Shown: positions 42,048 through 54,800 of the stretch, piece by piece
How positions within the stretch are numbered: position 1 is the first letter of the stretch
Layout of the letters: the number at the start of each line of letters is the position of its first letter
Assembly: GCA_051294375.1 (NCBI GenBank)
Contig: CM119264.1
Location: forward strand, 17,000,278 to 17,064,277
Origin: Paraspadella gotoi
Lineage: Eukaryota; Animalia; Chaetognatha
DNA length: 64,000 nt
Direction: 5' to 3'
The notes under the pieces: model-generated
Seen by the model: the letters and a program-made list of their open reading frames with translations, nothing else
Database searches by the model: none
Told to the model about the DNA's origin: nothing
Position numbers and translations under genes: made by a program

Positions 42048-42405
42048 AACAAGATCGCTTCATCCAATGTGTTGCGCCGCAGTGACTTATTTTTTCGTGT
42101 GTTTCCTTTTGATCACATGATATGATATGATATGACATTTACTACATTTATCTTGAGTATTTATGACATGCATTGCATCGAAATTCGGTCTTTTATTCCT
42201 TATAGTTTTAGGATTTTCTGAAGGCGGCGCTAGCAGTCTCTTAGATTTGAGGTTTTTTCCTTTCTTAAAAATGAGCAACCAATTATAGGCAAATTATATG
42301 CATTTTTAACATAAGTGGGACAAACCGACGGACAGACATACGGGACCGGCCGACCGAAAAGTGACTTATAGAGTTGCTCCGCGAGTACTCGCGGCGCAAC
42401 TAAAA
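42048..42405 (+). mobile_element. DINE-1/HINE-like non-autonomous Helentron-type element (~360 bp)
   Basis: Begins AACAAG in an A-run. Subterminal inverted repeat gttgcgccgc (42071-42080) / gcggcgcaac (42391-42400). GACGGACAGAC-type tract at ~42326-42357. Terminal 30-bp near-perfect palindrome agttgctccgcgagtactcgcggcgcaact (42372-42401), then an A-run. Confidence 0.7.
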
Positions 42406-43743
42406 AGAGAAATTAAGGAAAGAGTAGGAAATGGGAGATGTAACAGAGGCTGGTAAAAGTACTATGGGGATTGGAAAATGACTTTCGGGCGAAGACGGAT
42501 AGTAAAACGATGAGGAAAGAAAGGTCGAGAAACACAAGAAAAGAAAAAGGATAATTAGGAAGAAGAGGAAGGGAGATTTACTTTTTTTAGTATCATTACT
42601 TACTGCAGGACATAAAACGAAAAATTAGAACCCCAGTGTAATTTTTTTTCCGTCTTATTTCTATGGGCCCATCATAAAAACGTCGGTAATTGTTTAAAAA
42701 GTTCTATTATTTGACTCTAAAATTCTTTTTGAATATGAAATCAGAAATAAAGAATTTTTTTTAGTAAATTTTGTTACCAACATTGTTGTTTTAGCTCTTA
42801 CGCCTTGTAAATAAAGGTAATATTTTACGTATTGTATACGTTTAATGGTATACATTTAATGGTTTTATTGGCTAGGTGTTAAATAGTTAGTCCAACATTT
42901 TAATCGTTTTCACGGCTTTATTACTTACTATTTTTATTAACGCTGACAATTATTTATTGTAACCAGAAATAATTATTGCCAACTTAATGTTAAAATGCAT
43001 TAACTTTTTATTCGCTGCTCTCTGTCTCTGTCTCTCTTTGTCATTCTCTATTGGTACAACTCGCCTCTCTTTTTTGTGACCTTTAATCAAAACATGAAAA
43101 GGTTGGTGTTTAAACAACCATTGCGAACGACAAACGGAAATTTACAAAAGCTGACGTACGAAATCCATTTTTGACTGGAGCCAATAATGTTAGGACGTCA
43201 AATAAGTTTAAACTTTATATTCAACAATGTAAAATATAGTAGACATCGGCTAACTTTCATGAGTCTGCATGAAAGCATATCCCAGGCATAAATTATGAAT
43301 CATCATCATCATCATCATTTCAAATTATAAAGACTTTGATAAACTTCCTTTATTTATTTCTTGAACAATTCGCTTCGGAATAATTAAAATTTTCAATTTT
43401 TTTATTTATATTTTAGTTTTAGGCAATTTTTTTCAATCTTATCCTATATTAACTTTAATTTTAATGCATAAATCTATAGCTTAACAATATCTAGTAGCTC
43501 ATTAACAATTGTTTCTCCTCGAGATTTAAAATCAGTCCATCATTTTCACACACTTTCTCTCCATCTTATTTTCTGAATAAGAATGAGGGGCTGCTGCTCT
43601 TTCGAAAAAGGAAAAAGCCAAACTTGATTTTCTTTTCTTTCCTTCGAGATCCGTATCTCCTTTTCCCCCTGGCGATTGCCTCCCCTCTTCCCTCGCTCAC
43701 CCCCTCAACCTTGGCTCGAAAAAGAGAATTTTGTTCATTTCGT

Positions 43744-43870
<127 letters not shown>

Positions 43871-45195
43871 GCTCTCGCAGGGAAAACTACACTTTTTTCT
43901 CCGAGGAATCTCTATTTTATTTTCTTAGTAAAGTATTTTTTCTCGAAGCCCGAGAGAGAAGACGTGAATGTGTCTCTTTTTAAAACTAACCTCTCTAGTC
44001 TCTATTCCCACTTTCTCTCTCGCCACAATGACAGCGCCGACGAAGATAACACGTAAACACTTCATCGACGAAAAAAAAAACATCAAAAAGTGACAAAATT
44101 CGTCGAATTTGAATGAAGTGAAGAGAAGTTTTGCTCGAAGAAGCTCATCCTAAAATGTCACCGAATTTGATCGGAAGCTTTCGACAAGGTTATGGCAACA
44201 AAAATTTCATGAGTTTGAGAAGAAACTTCGCAAAAAAGTACGCAGTTGAAAGTTGAGTCATTCATATATATTATATAACACAGCATATTGACTGTTATTG
44301 TTCAAAAAAAAATTTGATCACAATATATTTGAATAAAATTAAGATACAAGAACACATGTCCAAATCAGTTGATGCAGGTTTACAGATTTATGTCCAAAAT
44401 GACATCATCATTGTTTTTTTTTACTATTTCTACTATATTTAACTCATAAACGTATACTCCACGTGCGAAGCGAAAAAATAGGAGATATTTTAAAAAGGAA
44501 GAAAATAATTTGGAAAGAGGACTTGCAGCTGGGAAAAGTTGGGCCCTCGACCCTTTGGGAATGGAACTCGATCCACTGATTGCCACGGAGAACGAGTCTG
44601 CCTTTCTCTCCGCTTTTTTCGTCTCTGACTCACGGGCCTTTTAAAATCTTTTAACGTCACCGAAACTCATTGAGGCGATTCGCATTAACTCAATCATTAA
44701 TCAATGATTTGGCCTCATCCAGGAGCGGAGAAGTAGGATAATAATTAAATGAAAGGGTAAAGGATATGAAGAGGGTTATTGCGAGAGATGGAAATGGAAA
44801 TAATATTCGATGAATTATGAATAGACCTCTGTTCGGCAGAAGCGACTCTAAGATTGAAACAACGCTCGCTCTCGCTCTCTCTCATTCCATTATCTCGTAC
44901 TTCCGCATCTATTTTGCCCGAGTTTGCGCGTGGAAAAGTTCGACAAAAAAATTCAATAACTATTATGTTTTATTTCAAGAAACTAAATAGCTTAATAATA
45001 ATTACTGCCGTAGTCAAGATAATATGAATCAAAACATATTACAAAGCATGTATATTGATTGTAAGTAGTTTTGACTGCGTAAAATACTTAATTTTCGCGA
45101 TAAGTTTTAACCCTTAACAATTCGATTGTCATTCCATGTATTAAATTGTAGTTTTGAGGAAGGGAGAGAAGAGAGAGAGAGAGAGGAGAGAGAGA

Positions 45196-45238
<43 letters not shown>

Positions 45239-46290
45239 AAATTACTTTTGAAAGCAAGAAAGGGAAAGTATGGATAGAACTGCCAGAGGAGAGTGAAATG
45301 AGGAGTTCTCCTTAGGTCAAGAAAGGGCAGAAGATTGAACGAACGCGGAAATTCTCATTAGTCAACCTCGCGGGCAAACTGATTGGCATGGCACACGAAA
45401 AATCGTTTCTCCCTCACCAACGTTTTCAAAACTGAGAAAAGCAAAGTCTAATACTTTGTTAGAAGTTTAAGAACTAATATTTGTAAGAATTTTCAATGTA
45501 GTAAATTTCCCGTTGAATTTCTGATAAGAGAAAATATATTGAAACAACTTACTCTATCCAGAGATTTGCTGTTTAGTACTGTTTAGTACCAATTCTAAAT
45601 ATCCTTCAAACCTACAACAATATCTCGAGTTGGCCATAATAAATCGAAAAATTCTCCGATACGCAGAAACCTACTCTTCATAAAAAGTTTTTCATCGAAT
45701 CATTCACCTTCATTGTTTAATATTGTGACAAATTCATCATATATTATGTATTAAGAATTTTCATTCACGAAGAAAATTATAAATAGAAACTTTTTTATCT
45801 TTTATAAAAAAAAATTATTTCATTTTCGTTATTTAATTCGATATCACGTATCCTTGGCTCGATCTTGAAATGAGTGGGGAACGACTTTGAACTCGGCGCA
45901 GAATTTTCTTCGCGTTGAAATGCTTGTTTTGGCGCAGATCCGTCGTTTGGCCCAGAAATGGAGAAGTCGTCAAAGACGAAAAGGAGCGGAACGGAGAGAA
46001 AGTCATCGAAAAAAAAGGGAGAAAAAAAGATGAAAAACCCTTTTTTTTACTTTCACAAGTTTTCTTTTTATGTTTCTTTTATTTTCATTTTTATTTTCTT
46101 TCCTTTCATCGATTTAGCAACCCGTATAGCTTATTCAAAACTCTATCTAAAGCTGAAAAAGAAAATTTAAAAAAAATTGTTCCATGTTTTTAACATAGGA
46201 TGCAGGGATATTATAATTTTGCAAACATCTCGATAATTTTAGTTCTTTCAAATTCATGAGTTTTTGGAACTCGCTTCCCAACTGCTTAAC

Positions 46291-46976
46291 AACAAGTTTG
46301 AGCAAACATAGTCGGATCTGCCTCAGATAATTAAGCGGTAATGAACTAATCCAATGATAAATCATGGTAATTTTTTTCTGACTTTCAATTTGTGATCATA
46401 ACAGATCTTAACAAATCGTAACATAACAAATCATAACAGACTTTTTCATAAATCTATGAAAAAATCTATAAATCAATTGATCAATCAATCATTAACAGTA
46501 GTTGCATAATTTGATCTATTTGCATAATTTGATCAACTGGCATAATTTGGTCAACTGACATAATTTTTTCAACTTGAATAATTTGGTCAACTTGCAAAAT
46601 GTGGTCAACTGGCATAATTTGGTCAACTTGCATTATTTGATCAACTTTTATAACTTGGTCAATTTGCAGAATTTGATCAACTTGCATAATTAGATCAACT
46701 GGAATAATTTGGTCCATCAATAAATTAATCAATTAATTAATCAATCAATCAGGGACGTACGGACAGACAGACAGACAGATAGACAGATAGACAGACAGAC
46801 GGATGGACGGACGGACGGACGGACGGTCGGACATAATTTTTCTTGTATAATTTATCGAAATTCGATATTCTGATACGATAAAAATGATTTACCGACAAGA
46901 TTTTGGGGTGGGACCGACGGACCGACAAAGTGGATTATAGAATTGGAATCTGCTGATAAGCAGATCCGACTAAAAA
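46291..46976 (+). mobile_element. DINE-1/HINE-like non-autonomous Helentron-type element (~690 bp) with internal minisatellite
   Basis: Begins AACAAG. Subterminal inverted repeat agtcggatctgc (46310-46321) / gcagatccgact (46960-46971). (GACA/GACG)n at 46753-46832. Terminal hairpin tctgct-gata-agcaga. Shares the block 'gaccgac..aaagtg.a.ttataga.tt' with the 42048 element. Confidence 0.75.
46502..46717. repeat. 18-bp minisatellite, ~12 units
   Basis: Consensus TTGCATAATTTGRTCAAC, read directly. It explains the hexapeptide-repeat ORF 46481-46732. Confidence 0.92.
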
Positions 46977-47878
46977 ACAAGTTCGGTTTTTCTGAGGACA
47001 GTACTTCACCCGCGCTTCGATACGTGGCGTGGCCGACGAGCCACGACACGTTGAGATATGCCATCCTCAACATCGTGGAAAACGAAGTGGACCAATCAAT
47101 GTTGAAAATTTCCGCTTTAATCGTCCGATAAACAAGGAGAGGGGATTCTCAACAACGCCGAACACCCTGAATTCCCAGGTAAACACATAAACACAAAAAA
47201 TCCGCATAATAAATTAATTAAAAAGAAAAATTAAATAAATGGCTGCTCGAATAAATTGAAAGCTGATATAGAAGTTTTCTTGCAGAAAAAATTGATACTA
47301 AAAATAATAACGGATTGCCAAAGCATATCTTTTTTTTTTGAAAAAACCGCTTTTGTTGCTGATTACCGCTTTAACTGTTGTATTATAAGTTATGCCGCTC
47401 GAGCGTCTCAAAAATTAATAATTAAAAAGAAAAGAAAAAGTGAAAGAAGAAATGATATGAAATGGATAAACTACTTTTATTGATTAATAAAAAATTACTT
47501 CCTCATTCCCTCGGAAATCTGAATTCATCAGCTTTTTAAAGTCCAATAAACACATCTTCCGCTTCCAGAGTAACCGAGCCGGAAACCACTCTCTTGGATG
47601 ACCCCGTCGTGGCGTGACCGCCCTTCGTCTTGACCTTGTCCAATTTTTAGGTAAGCTTCGGCAAAATCGACGATTATTGAAAAGGGGTTATCTGCGGTGC
47701 TGTAAGGGCTGCGATGGCATGGCTGAGATGGCATCTTCTCAGATTAGATTAAAAGTTATTCTGTGTCACGGGTGCATTAAATCCGCGCCAGTAATACTTT
47801 CTATTACAAAGCAGTTAACCGGTAACTGAACCTATTAGTAAATCCTGTAAATCTTCCATTGAGAGAAGGCTATCAAAG

Positions 47879-47951
<73 letters not shown>

Positions 47952-50494
47952 GAGTCAGTGAGGTGCCGCGTTTCTATCGCAGAACTAGTAATGTAAAGAA
48001 AGTAACTTTGAGCCGAAAGTGTCAAACCCCGTGAAACAACTTCTTTAATTTTAAAATAACTCGTAAGTGACGTTTAGATAAATTCTGTATAAGCTCTTAT
48101 AGAAAATATTTCTCTTTTTCCCGCCTCTTAAGAAATTCTGATCTTCCTCATCAAAAGATGGCATCTCATCTCGATGATCGACGATAGAGGATGACCGCTG
48201 GGTTAAATGTGTGTTAGTCAACGCTGCGTGCGGAGACGGAGTAACACGGGAAAATAATCATGAGAGTGGAAAAGATATCTCCAGTAGATCAAAGAAACGT
48301 CGGGAGAAGAGTTATCCTTGCCAGGAAGGGAGAGAGAGAGAGAGAGAGANNNNNNNNNNCAGAGAGAGAGGACGATAAAAAAATATTGAAATGAAATCAA
48401 GGCTTTTTTCCTTTGTTTCGAGATCCTTCGTCCGTTCGAGACTATCTCCCTTCGTGTCATCTTCCTTCATTGTTTATACGTCCTACGGTTGTCCACATGA
48501 ACTGAAAGAAAAAAAACCTTGATTTCATTTCAATATTTTTTTGTACTTCTTTTTTCTCTGCGGAGAAGACTCCGAACAGGTTCCTCGTGAGGACCGTGCG
48601 GTGTGAAAGAGATAAATACAGATACTAAGTTACAAAATGAAATATGTACTGATTGAGATGAGAGAGGGATGACATTCCCTTCTGAGAATTTTGTTAACAT
48701 ACCAATGGAAAAACAATCTTTTTTCAACTTGATGCATCGATCTCTCTCAGTCATTCTTCTCAGAAATGAGGGCTTTGATTAAAAAAAAAAAACTCTCCTT
48801 AAAAAAGTCAACCTGAATTTCATTTCATTGAAACTTTATTTCGGCCCTAAAACCGATGAACTAATCGTGCAAATCGAATCCCGTCTCACTATTTTTTCCT
48901 GGTGTTTTTTTTTAAACGTTTTTTAAATCAAATTTTAAAAATTACACAAATTAAAGAATGTCAAGTTTTTGCGGTATGAAGCCTTTATATCAAAATAGGA
49001 ACTCCCGTGGAATAAAACAAAAAAATGAAATGCCGGACTCAATTATTATATCTTTAACTTTTTATGTTTTTTCCTTTATTTCCACTATTGTAACAATTAT
49101 AAACTCACACCCAACCAACATATACGAAAACTAACAACTCACTAAAAAAAAACAAACTCTTCCTCCACAACCTTTCAAATCTGCCTCGACTTGAAGGCGG
49201 CTTCTTCCTTTCCTCCCTCGCCTACTTCACCCTCCATTCATCAAGGGTTGAGCCGTTTGGAAAAGACAACCTAGAATCCCCCGTATGAAAAACGAGACCG
49301 GAATGAAAAATTGAAATAATTACCTTCGTCTTTATCCAATTCATTGCATTCGCCGCCACTACAAGAACCCAGGGCGATAATAAATAACGATTAGAGATCC
49401 GCGGGAGGTGAAGAGAAAAACCTGGCGGTGAAAGTCAAGGTTGAAGAATGGTGCTCGAGGAAAGAAGTAAAGGCTGAGGAGTCTAGAGCGACATTGTTCA
49501 ATCAACACGCTCGAGCTTTTTATGGAGATTTTTTGCTTCTACAAATATTCTATGTTTTATAAGTTTTTTTGATTGTCTAATGTCAGCTAATTGAATTGGG
49601 ATTACAAATATAAAAACGTTACAATGATTAACCGGTTTAAAAAAAAAATAACCAAAAAGCTAAGAAGTGAGATAATTTTTTTCACTGAACATTTTAGTTC
49701 TTCCTCCTTTGTTTTTCTCGAAAAATAAAAGGGAAAAAAGGAAAAAGTGTTGGATTCAACGAATTCGTCTACGAGGATGAATTGTCTTCGGGTCACCGGG
49801 TCACGTGACGTTCTAATCATTTGGACACTTTTCTGCTTTTTTTTTTCTTAGTCTCCGTCTCGTTTCTCTCTTCTCAAATTTTCCCCTGGACCCCGGTCGT
49901 CTTTTTTGATTTTATTTCATCAGTTATAAGCGAATCCGTTAAATCTTAATTTATTCTTCGCTCAGACAGGTCGCAATATATTTTTTTGGTAAAAAATTGA
50001 CTATGATATGATGAATAAAAACGTCAATGTAGTTACAAATTAACAAAATATAAATTATTTTTATACGAACTTACGTATACTATGTTATCGAATTTTTTAT
50101 ATCAAATTATACATTTTCAGAACACTAAAAAATAATGCCTGGCCCACAACCCGAAGACTTGCTGAAAAGTGTCTTTGACTTTACTGAGTCCTGACTCGCC
50201 GTCTCCAGGGGAACCCTCCGTCTGAACTGCAACATTTCAAATTGATGGTTAATGTCGTTTCTCATTTCCCGATCACGTGATATTATCGATCCATACTCAA
50301 TTTTTTTCCGACCCCAAATTTTTTTTCCCCGATTCGCTGACCCAACCCCCCCTCACCGGATGACCCGGATCACTGGTTGACATCGCCTTGGCAGAGCGGC
50401 CCTTCGATTCCCTGAAATGACGGGCGTTTCGCTGACAATTTGTTCGTGCGACGACCGATCGAAGTCTGGAGAGAAAGAGAGAGAGAGAGAGAGA

Positions 50495-50546
<52 letters not shown>

Positions 50547-51699
50547 CGTGGAACGTGATCGCAGGGGATTTCGATGCCCTTCACTTTTGGCTTTAACGCG
50601 TAGAAGCCGAGAGAGACAGAAAAAAAAAAGGAAAAAAGGCGAGGAATATAAAAAGGAAAAGTAAAGGGATTTCGATGTTGGGCAGGAAGAATGAAGTACG
50701 AAGCAAACGAATTTTTAAAAAGTCGACTGGAAAATTCCCCAAGAAGCGTATCGTAATTTTTACGCTGAATATTTCTCTTCGGCAGAATGGCTTTTTAAGT
50801 CGATCCAGACTCTCTCATACATTCTCCCCCTATCTCAGTGTCTATCTCTCTCTTTCAATGTCTATCTCTCTCTTTCAATGTCTATCTCTCTCTTTCTTTC
50901 TCGTTTCTTAAATCTGATTATGGCCACCAAGGCTTTAACTATATGGATTTCCAATTTTTCTGCCCGGAAAGGCAAAATACATTTTTTTGAAAAGCGCCGT
51001 TCTCTCCGTTTCTCTACTCTTCTATCTCGTTCTATCTTTTTCTCTCTGTTTCCCGACCTCATGTGAAGGAAGGCAAATAATCGTCAGTGAAAATTTAATC
51101 GCTCTTCCCGCCATTTATGCCATTAAAATTTCAACCATCAAACCCTTTAACGTCCATCTTTTCCTAACCTCCGATCTCATTCATATTATCTTCTCAACTT
51201 TCTTTGTGCTCAATTTTTACTTTAAATTAACGATTTTTTTATAATGCCATCACAGTAAAACTCCTGCCCTTCAAACTAAACCCAACTTGATACTCTTTTG
51301 ATATGCTTGATACGCTTTTCTCCCCAACCTTTCCAGCCTTCACAGCCTTTACACCCTACAGCTCTCATGGGGTCTAAACGATACTAGGTAGACTCGAAGA
51401 ACGTGTCTCTCTCTCTCTCTCTCCCTCTCTCCCTCTCTCTCCCCCTCTCTCTCTCTCTTCCTCATCGCTGGCCTCGGCGGCTTCCCGAGTTCTGATGGGA
51501 AACCGATGTTGGCGGCTGAAGATGGACGCTGGCCCATCGTTTTCTTCGTCTCTGTCGGCTTCAAGCTCGAGAACGTCATCCGTTTTTGGCGACGATGTCA
51601 TGTTGTGATAGTTATTGCTGTTTAAGACGTCATTCGGTTTTCGCGTTCGTGGGTCATGTTGCTGCTGCTCAAAGAAGCAAGTGAGTGAAAAAACTGAAG

Positions 51700-51800
51700 A
51701 GCCGTACGTAGTATACTGTCGCAAAGCGCAGGGATCGAACTCAGGACCCAAGATACGAAAGGTTGATCTTTCTTGTGAACTTTAGCTCTCGCCTCATGGA
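51700..51800 (-). mobile_element. tRNA-derived relic (SINE head-like)
   Basis: Minus-strand B-box gagttcgatccc (51731-51742), ~45 nt downstream of a weak A-box-like 'agagctaaagtt'. No cloverleaf is evident. Confidence 0.25.
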
Positions 51801-54800
51801 AAATTAACAATTGCGCCAAACCATATTGACTTTTACTTGCTTTTAATCGACAGACACCATTTACGACAGGTCCGAGTCTAACCTCTTAACCTGAGGCCCC
51901 TTAATCCGTCCCATTTTACTCCTCCTTCCGTTCGAACGTCGCTCCCAATTAAACGCCAAGGTCGCTGCTCTCACGGCTTCGAAAAACTTCTATTTTCGCC
52001 GCCGAAGCTGAACGATGAAGTCGGATATAGATTTTGAACGGCGTCGGGGTGAACAGTAGGTGGAGGGATCGATGCTGCTTAATATCCTAAATCTTGACAA
52101 ATGGATTGGAAAGCTCTTGTGAATATTTTTTTGTCGTAAAATATAAACACCAATTCTATGATCAAACTATTAGCCGAGGTTTGGCTGACGAGTGACGACG
52201 ACAATGACGACCACCTCTTGTCTCTACAACGGAAGAGAGTAAGAAAGAGAAAAATGAATTTCTCTCTTCATTTGTTCACTTTGGACGCTCATTGCTAATC
52301 CGGGCGACAAAAAGAGAGAAAAAAGGAAAAAAAACTGGAAGAAGAAAAACAATTATTTGAAGAAAATACGTTTTCTTTTCTTGCCTTAATTGGTTAATGG
52401 TTGTGGTTGGTTATTTTCCTAATGTTGTTTCTTAGTTTCCTTATTAACCTCGCATAACCGAATAACTTTGTACCAAAATGCAACTGTAATTTAAGTCCAT
52501 TACATTTTCGTGAGAGAACGCGTGAGACGAATGTCACGAAAGTAAACTAAAGTCTGAAAAAAAAAAGATTCCGGAAACTCGGTGTTCTTTCTCTCGGATT
52601 TTCGGTCTTCCGACCGATTGCTATTCTACGCTTCAATGGAAGTATAAATCTCGCATGACGGCGTTGACAAAAACGGAATTTGATATCCAGAGAAAAGGGA
52701 CTGAGAGAGTGCGGAGAAAAAAGAGCGATTGGTAAAAAGAGGTGGAGGAAAACGAGAGAGACCGAGAGACATTCGCAGAGAGCGAAAAAGTTGAGGGAAA
52801 TTCCGAGAAGATATAGGAATTTAGGTAATGTTGGTATAATTTGTAACGTGAAAGATTCTTTTACATTTGTCAAAAGACAGATTTTTGGATCATCTCATTT
52901 CTGCATTATTCAACCGCCATTGTCCATTGGCTAACGATCGTTCACGGGCGAATGTGCTCATCAAAGGTTTTTAAAAATCACCTCCCATTTCGAGGCCTAC
53001 CAAATCGATAATTTTTTAACGATATTTTTACCATTGTGCTAAGAAATAATAAAAATTTCCTACGTTTTTTTTTCTTATAAATTCATAAAAATGAGTTAAA
53101 AAGCAGAAAAACGAATCCTCCAAGTCTAAAGCGATTGAATTAATTAGTTTTTTTTCGAACCTCCACATAATCAATGCATTCATCCGAAGCAAATATCGGA
53201 ATTCATGATAAAAAAAAAAAAAAACTCCACGTTTGCCGAACTAAAATCAATTTATATCCATTTGATATATCCACTGGTCTTGTGAAAGCATACTCTACTT
53301 TTTTAATGTTGACTCCGAAGCCGAACGTCAGGGACACGCCAAGTTATTGCCCAACTCGGCTTCTTTTTATACTCTCCGATTAAATTTTTTTTTAAACGAG
53401 AAAAAGTAAAAAAAAAAATATTCGCTATTGAAAAGAAAGGATCCATTACGGATTCAAAATTTGAATTTCAGATTAATGAAAAAATGAAAATATTCAGCGA
53501 CGACATCGAAAACGACGATGACGACGACGAAACCAAATCGTCCAAGAATAAAGATTTTTAGCGGATAATGAGAATAAAAGAAACAACAGAGAGAGCGGGA
53601 GAGAGAATGAAAGAGATATTTTAAATTTTTTTTAAACAACAGTGGGAGAGAGAAAGAAAGAGATATTTTTAATTTCTTTTAGCGACCTTTAACCGTTTTT
53701 TTTCCAAATTCATATATGAACTACTGTAGTTTCTTTTTTTTAAGTAACTCACTAAATGGATCTTTTATATTTAATATGCAAGGTAGAGAAACAATTCCCA
53801 AGTTATTTAAGGAAAAATTTACTCACCACTTTGAATTATGTTCCAGGTTTTGGATCCAAGTTTTAGAGAAAATTTATATTCCACTCACGTCGAGGTTCTT
53901 GTTGTTTTCATTCTCTAATTATAACTGTCTTTATTCAATATTTTGTTGTTTTTTTTTCCTTCTTTTTTTCCTTTTTGTTTCTCAACAATAGTTTGCGTTT
54001 CAATTTCGGAATTTTGATTTCAAAATTTCCATACTTTGTTTGGATTTTCCCCGATTCGTTTTTCAAGGCATTCCATAGAGTTTTTTTTATATTGGTTTAT
54101 TCGCCTCATTGACGTTGAGCAAGGAACCGGCGTGTCGATGTTTTTGAAAGAAAAACAGATATTGGGGAAATAAAAACAAAACGAAAGCAGAAAAACAAAA
54201 ACGATTTTCTTTTAAGTTGTCACCTGTATGAAAAAAGTATCATATTTCATTAATGATTTTGTTTCACATTATTATCATCGAAGTCAGTATTCTTTTTTTT
54301 TATTAGTATCAACTGTATTTATATGACAATCTTTATTGTTATCACTTTGATGTATCTTAATCAATAAAAGCAAATAACTTTTTTTTTCAGGAATAACAAA
54401 AAAAAAAATTCACGAATAAGTCAAAGTTCGCGCAGATTCGAGTTTTCGGTGGAAGGCGACGACAAGGATTACGATGCAAAAAGATGAAGCATTTACAGCG
54501 CTGCCTCTCGCAACGCCCTCTTCATTTTTACAACCTCCTTTTTGGCTTCGCGGCTTCGTTTTTATCGCGTTTCGACGCTTTTTTGTTTTCGCTCGATCGA
54601 CCCTCATAAATCGACAAAAAGTGTGATCGAATTGAAAGGGTTGGGTACCGTCGATCTCCGCACCCATAAAAGTCAACGTACACCCATATTTTAAGCTTAA
54701 ATTTTTCTCTGCGCAACCAATACTTTGTTTTTTGTTTTTTTTCCAATATGACCGTACAATATTTTCCGTAACCAAAGGAAGTCCTTTTATTTTCTTTATC

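Noticed and set aside
46481-46732. Hexapeptide-repeat 'protein' (VDQIMQ)n, or a CRISPR-like array
   Set aside because: It is a head-to-tail 18-bp minisatellite inside a HINE-like element, with no unique spacers and no cas genes in a eukaryotic context.
47530-47651. Plus-strand exon-like segment with one in-frame TGA (possible selenocysteine)
   Set aside because: No selenoprotein motif or SECIS recognised; a single stop in ~40 codons is expected by chance.
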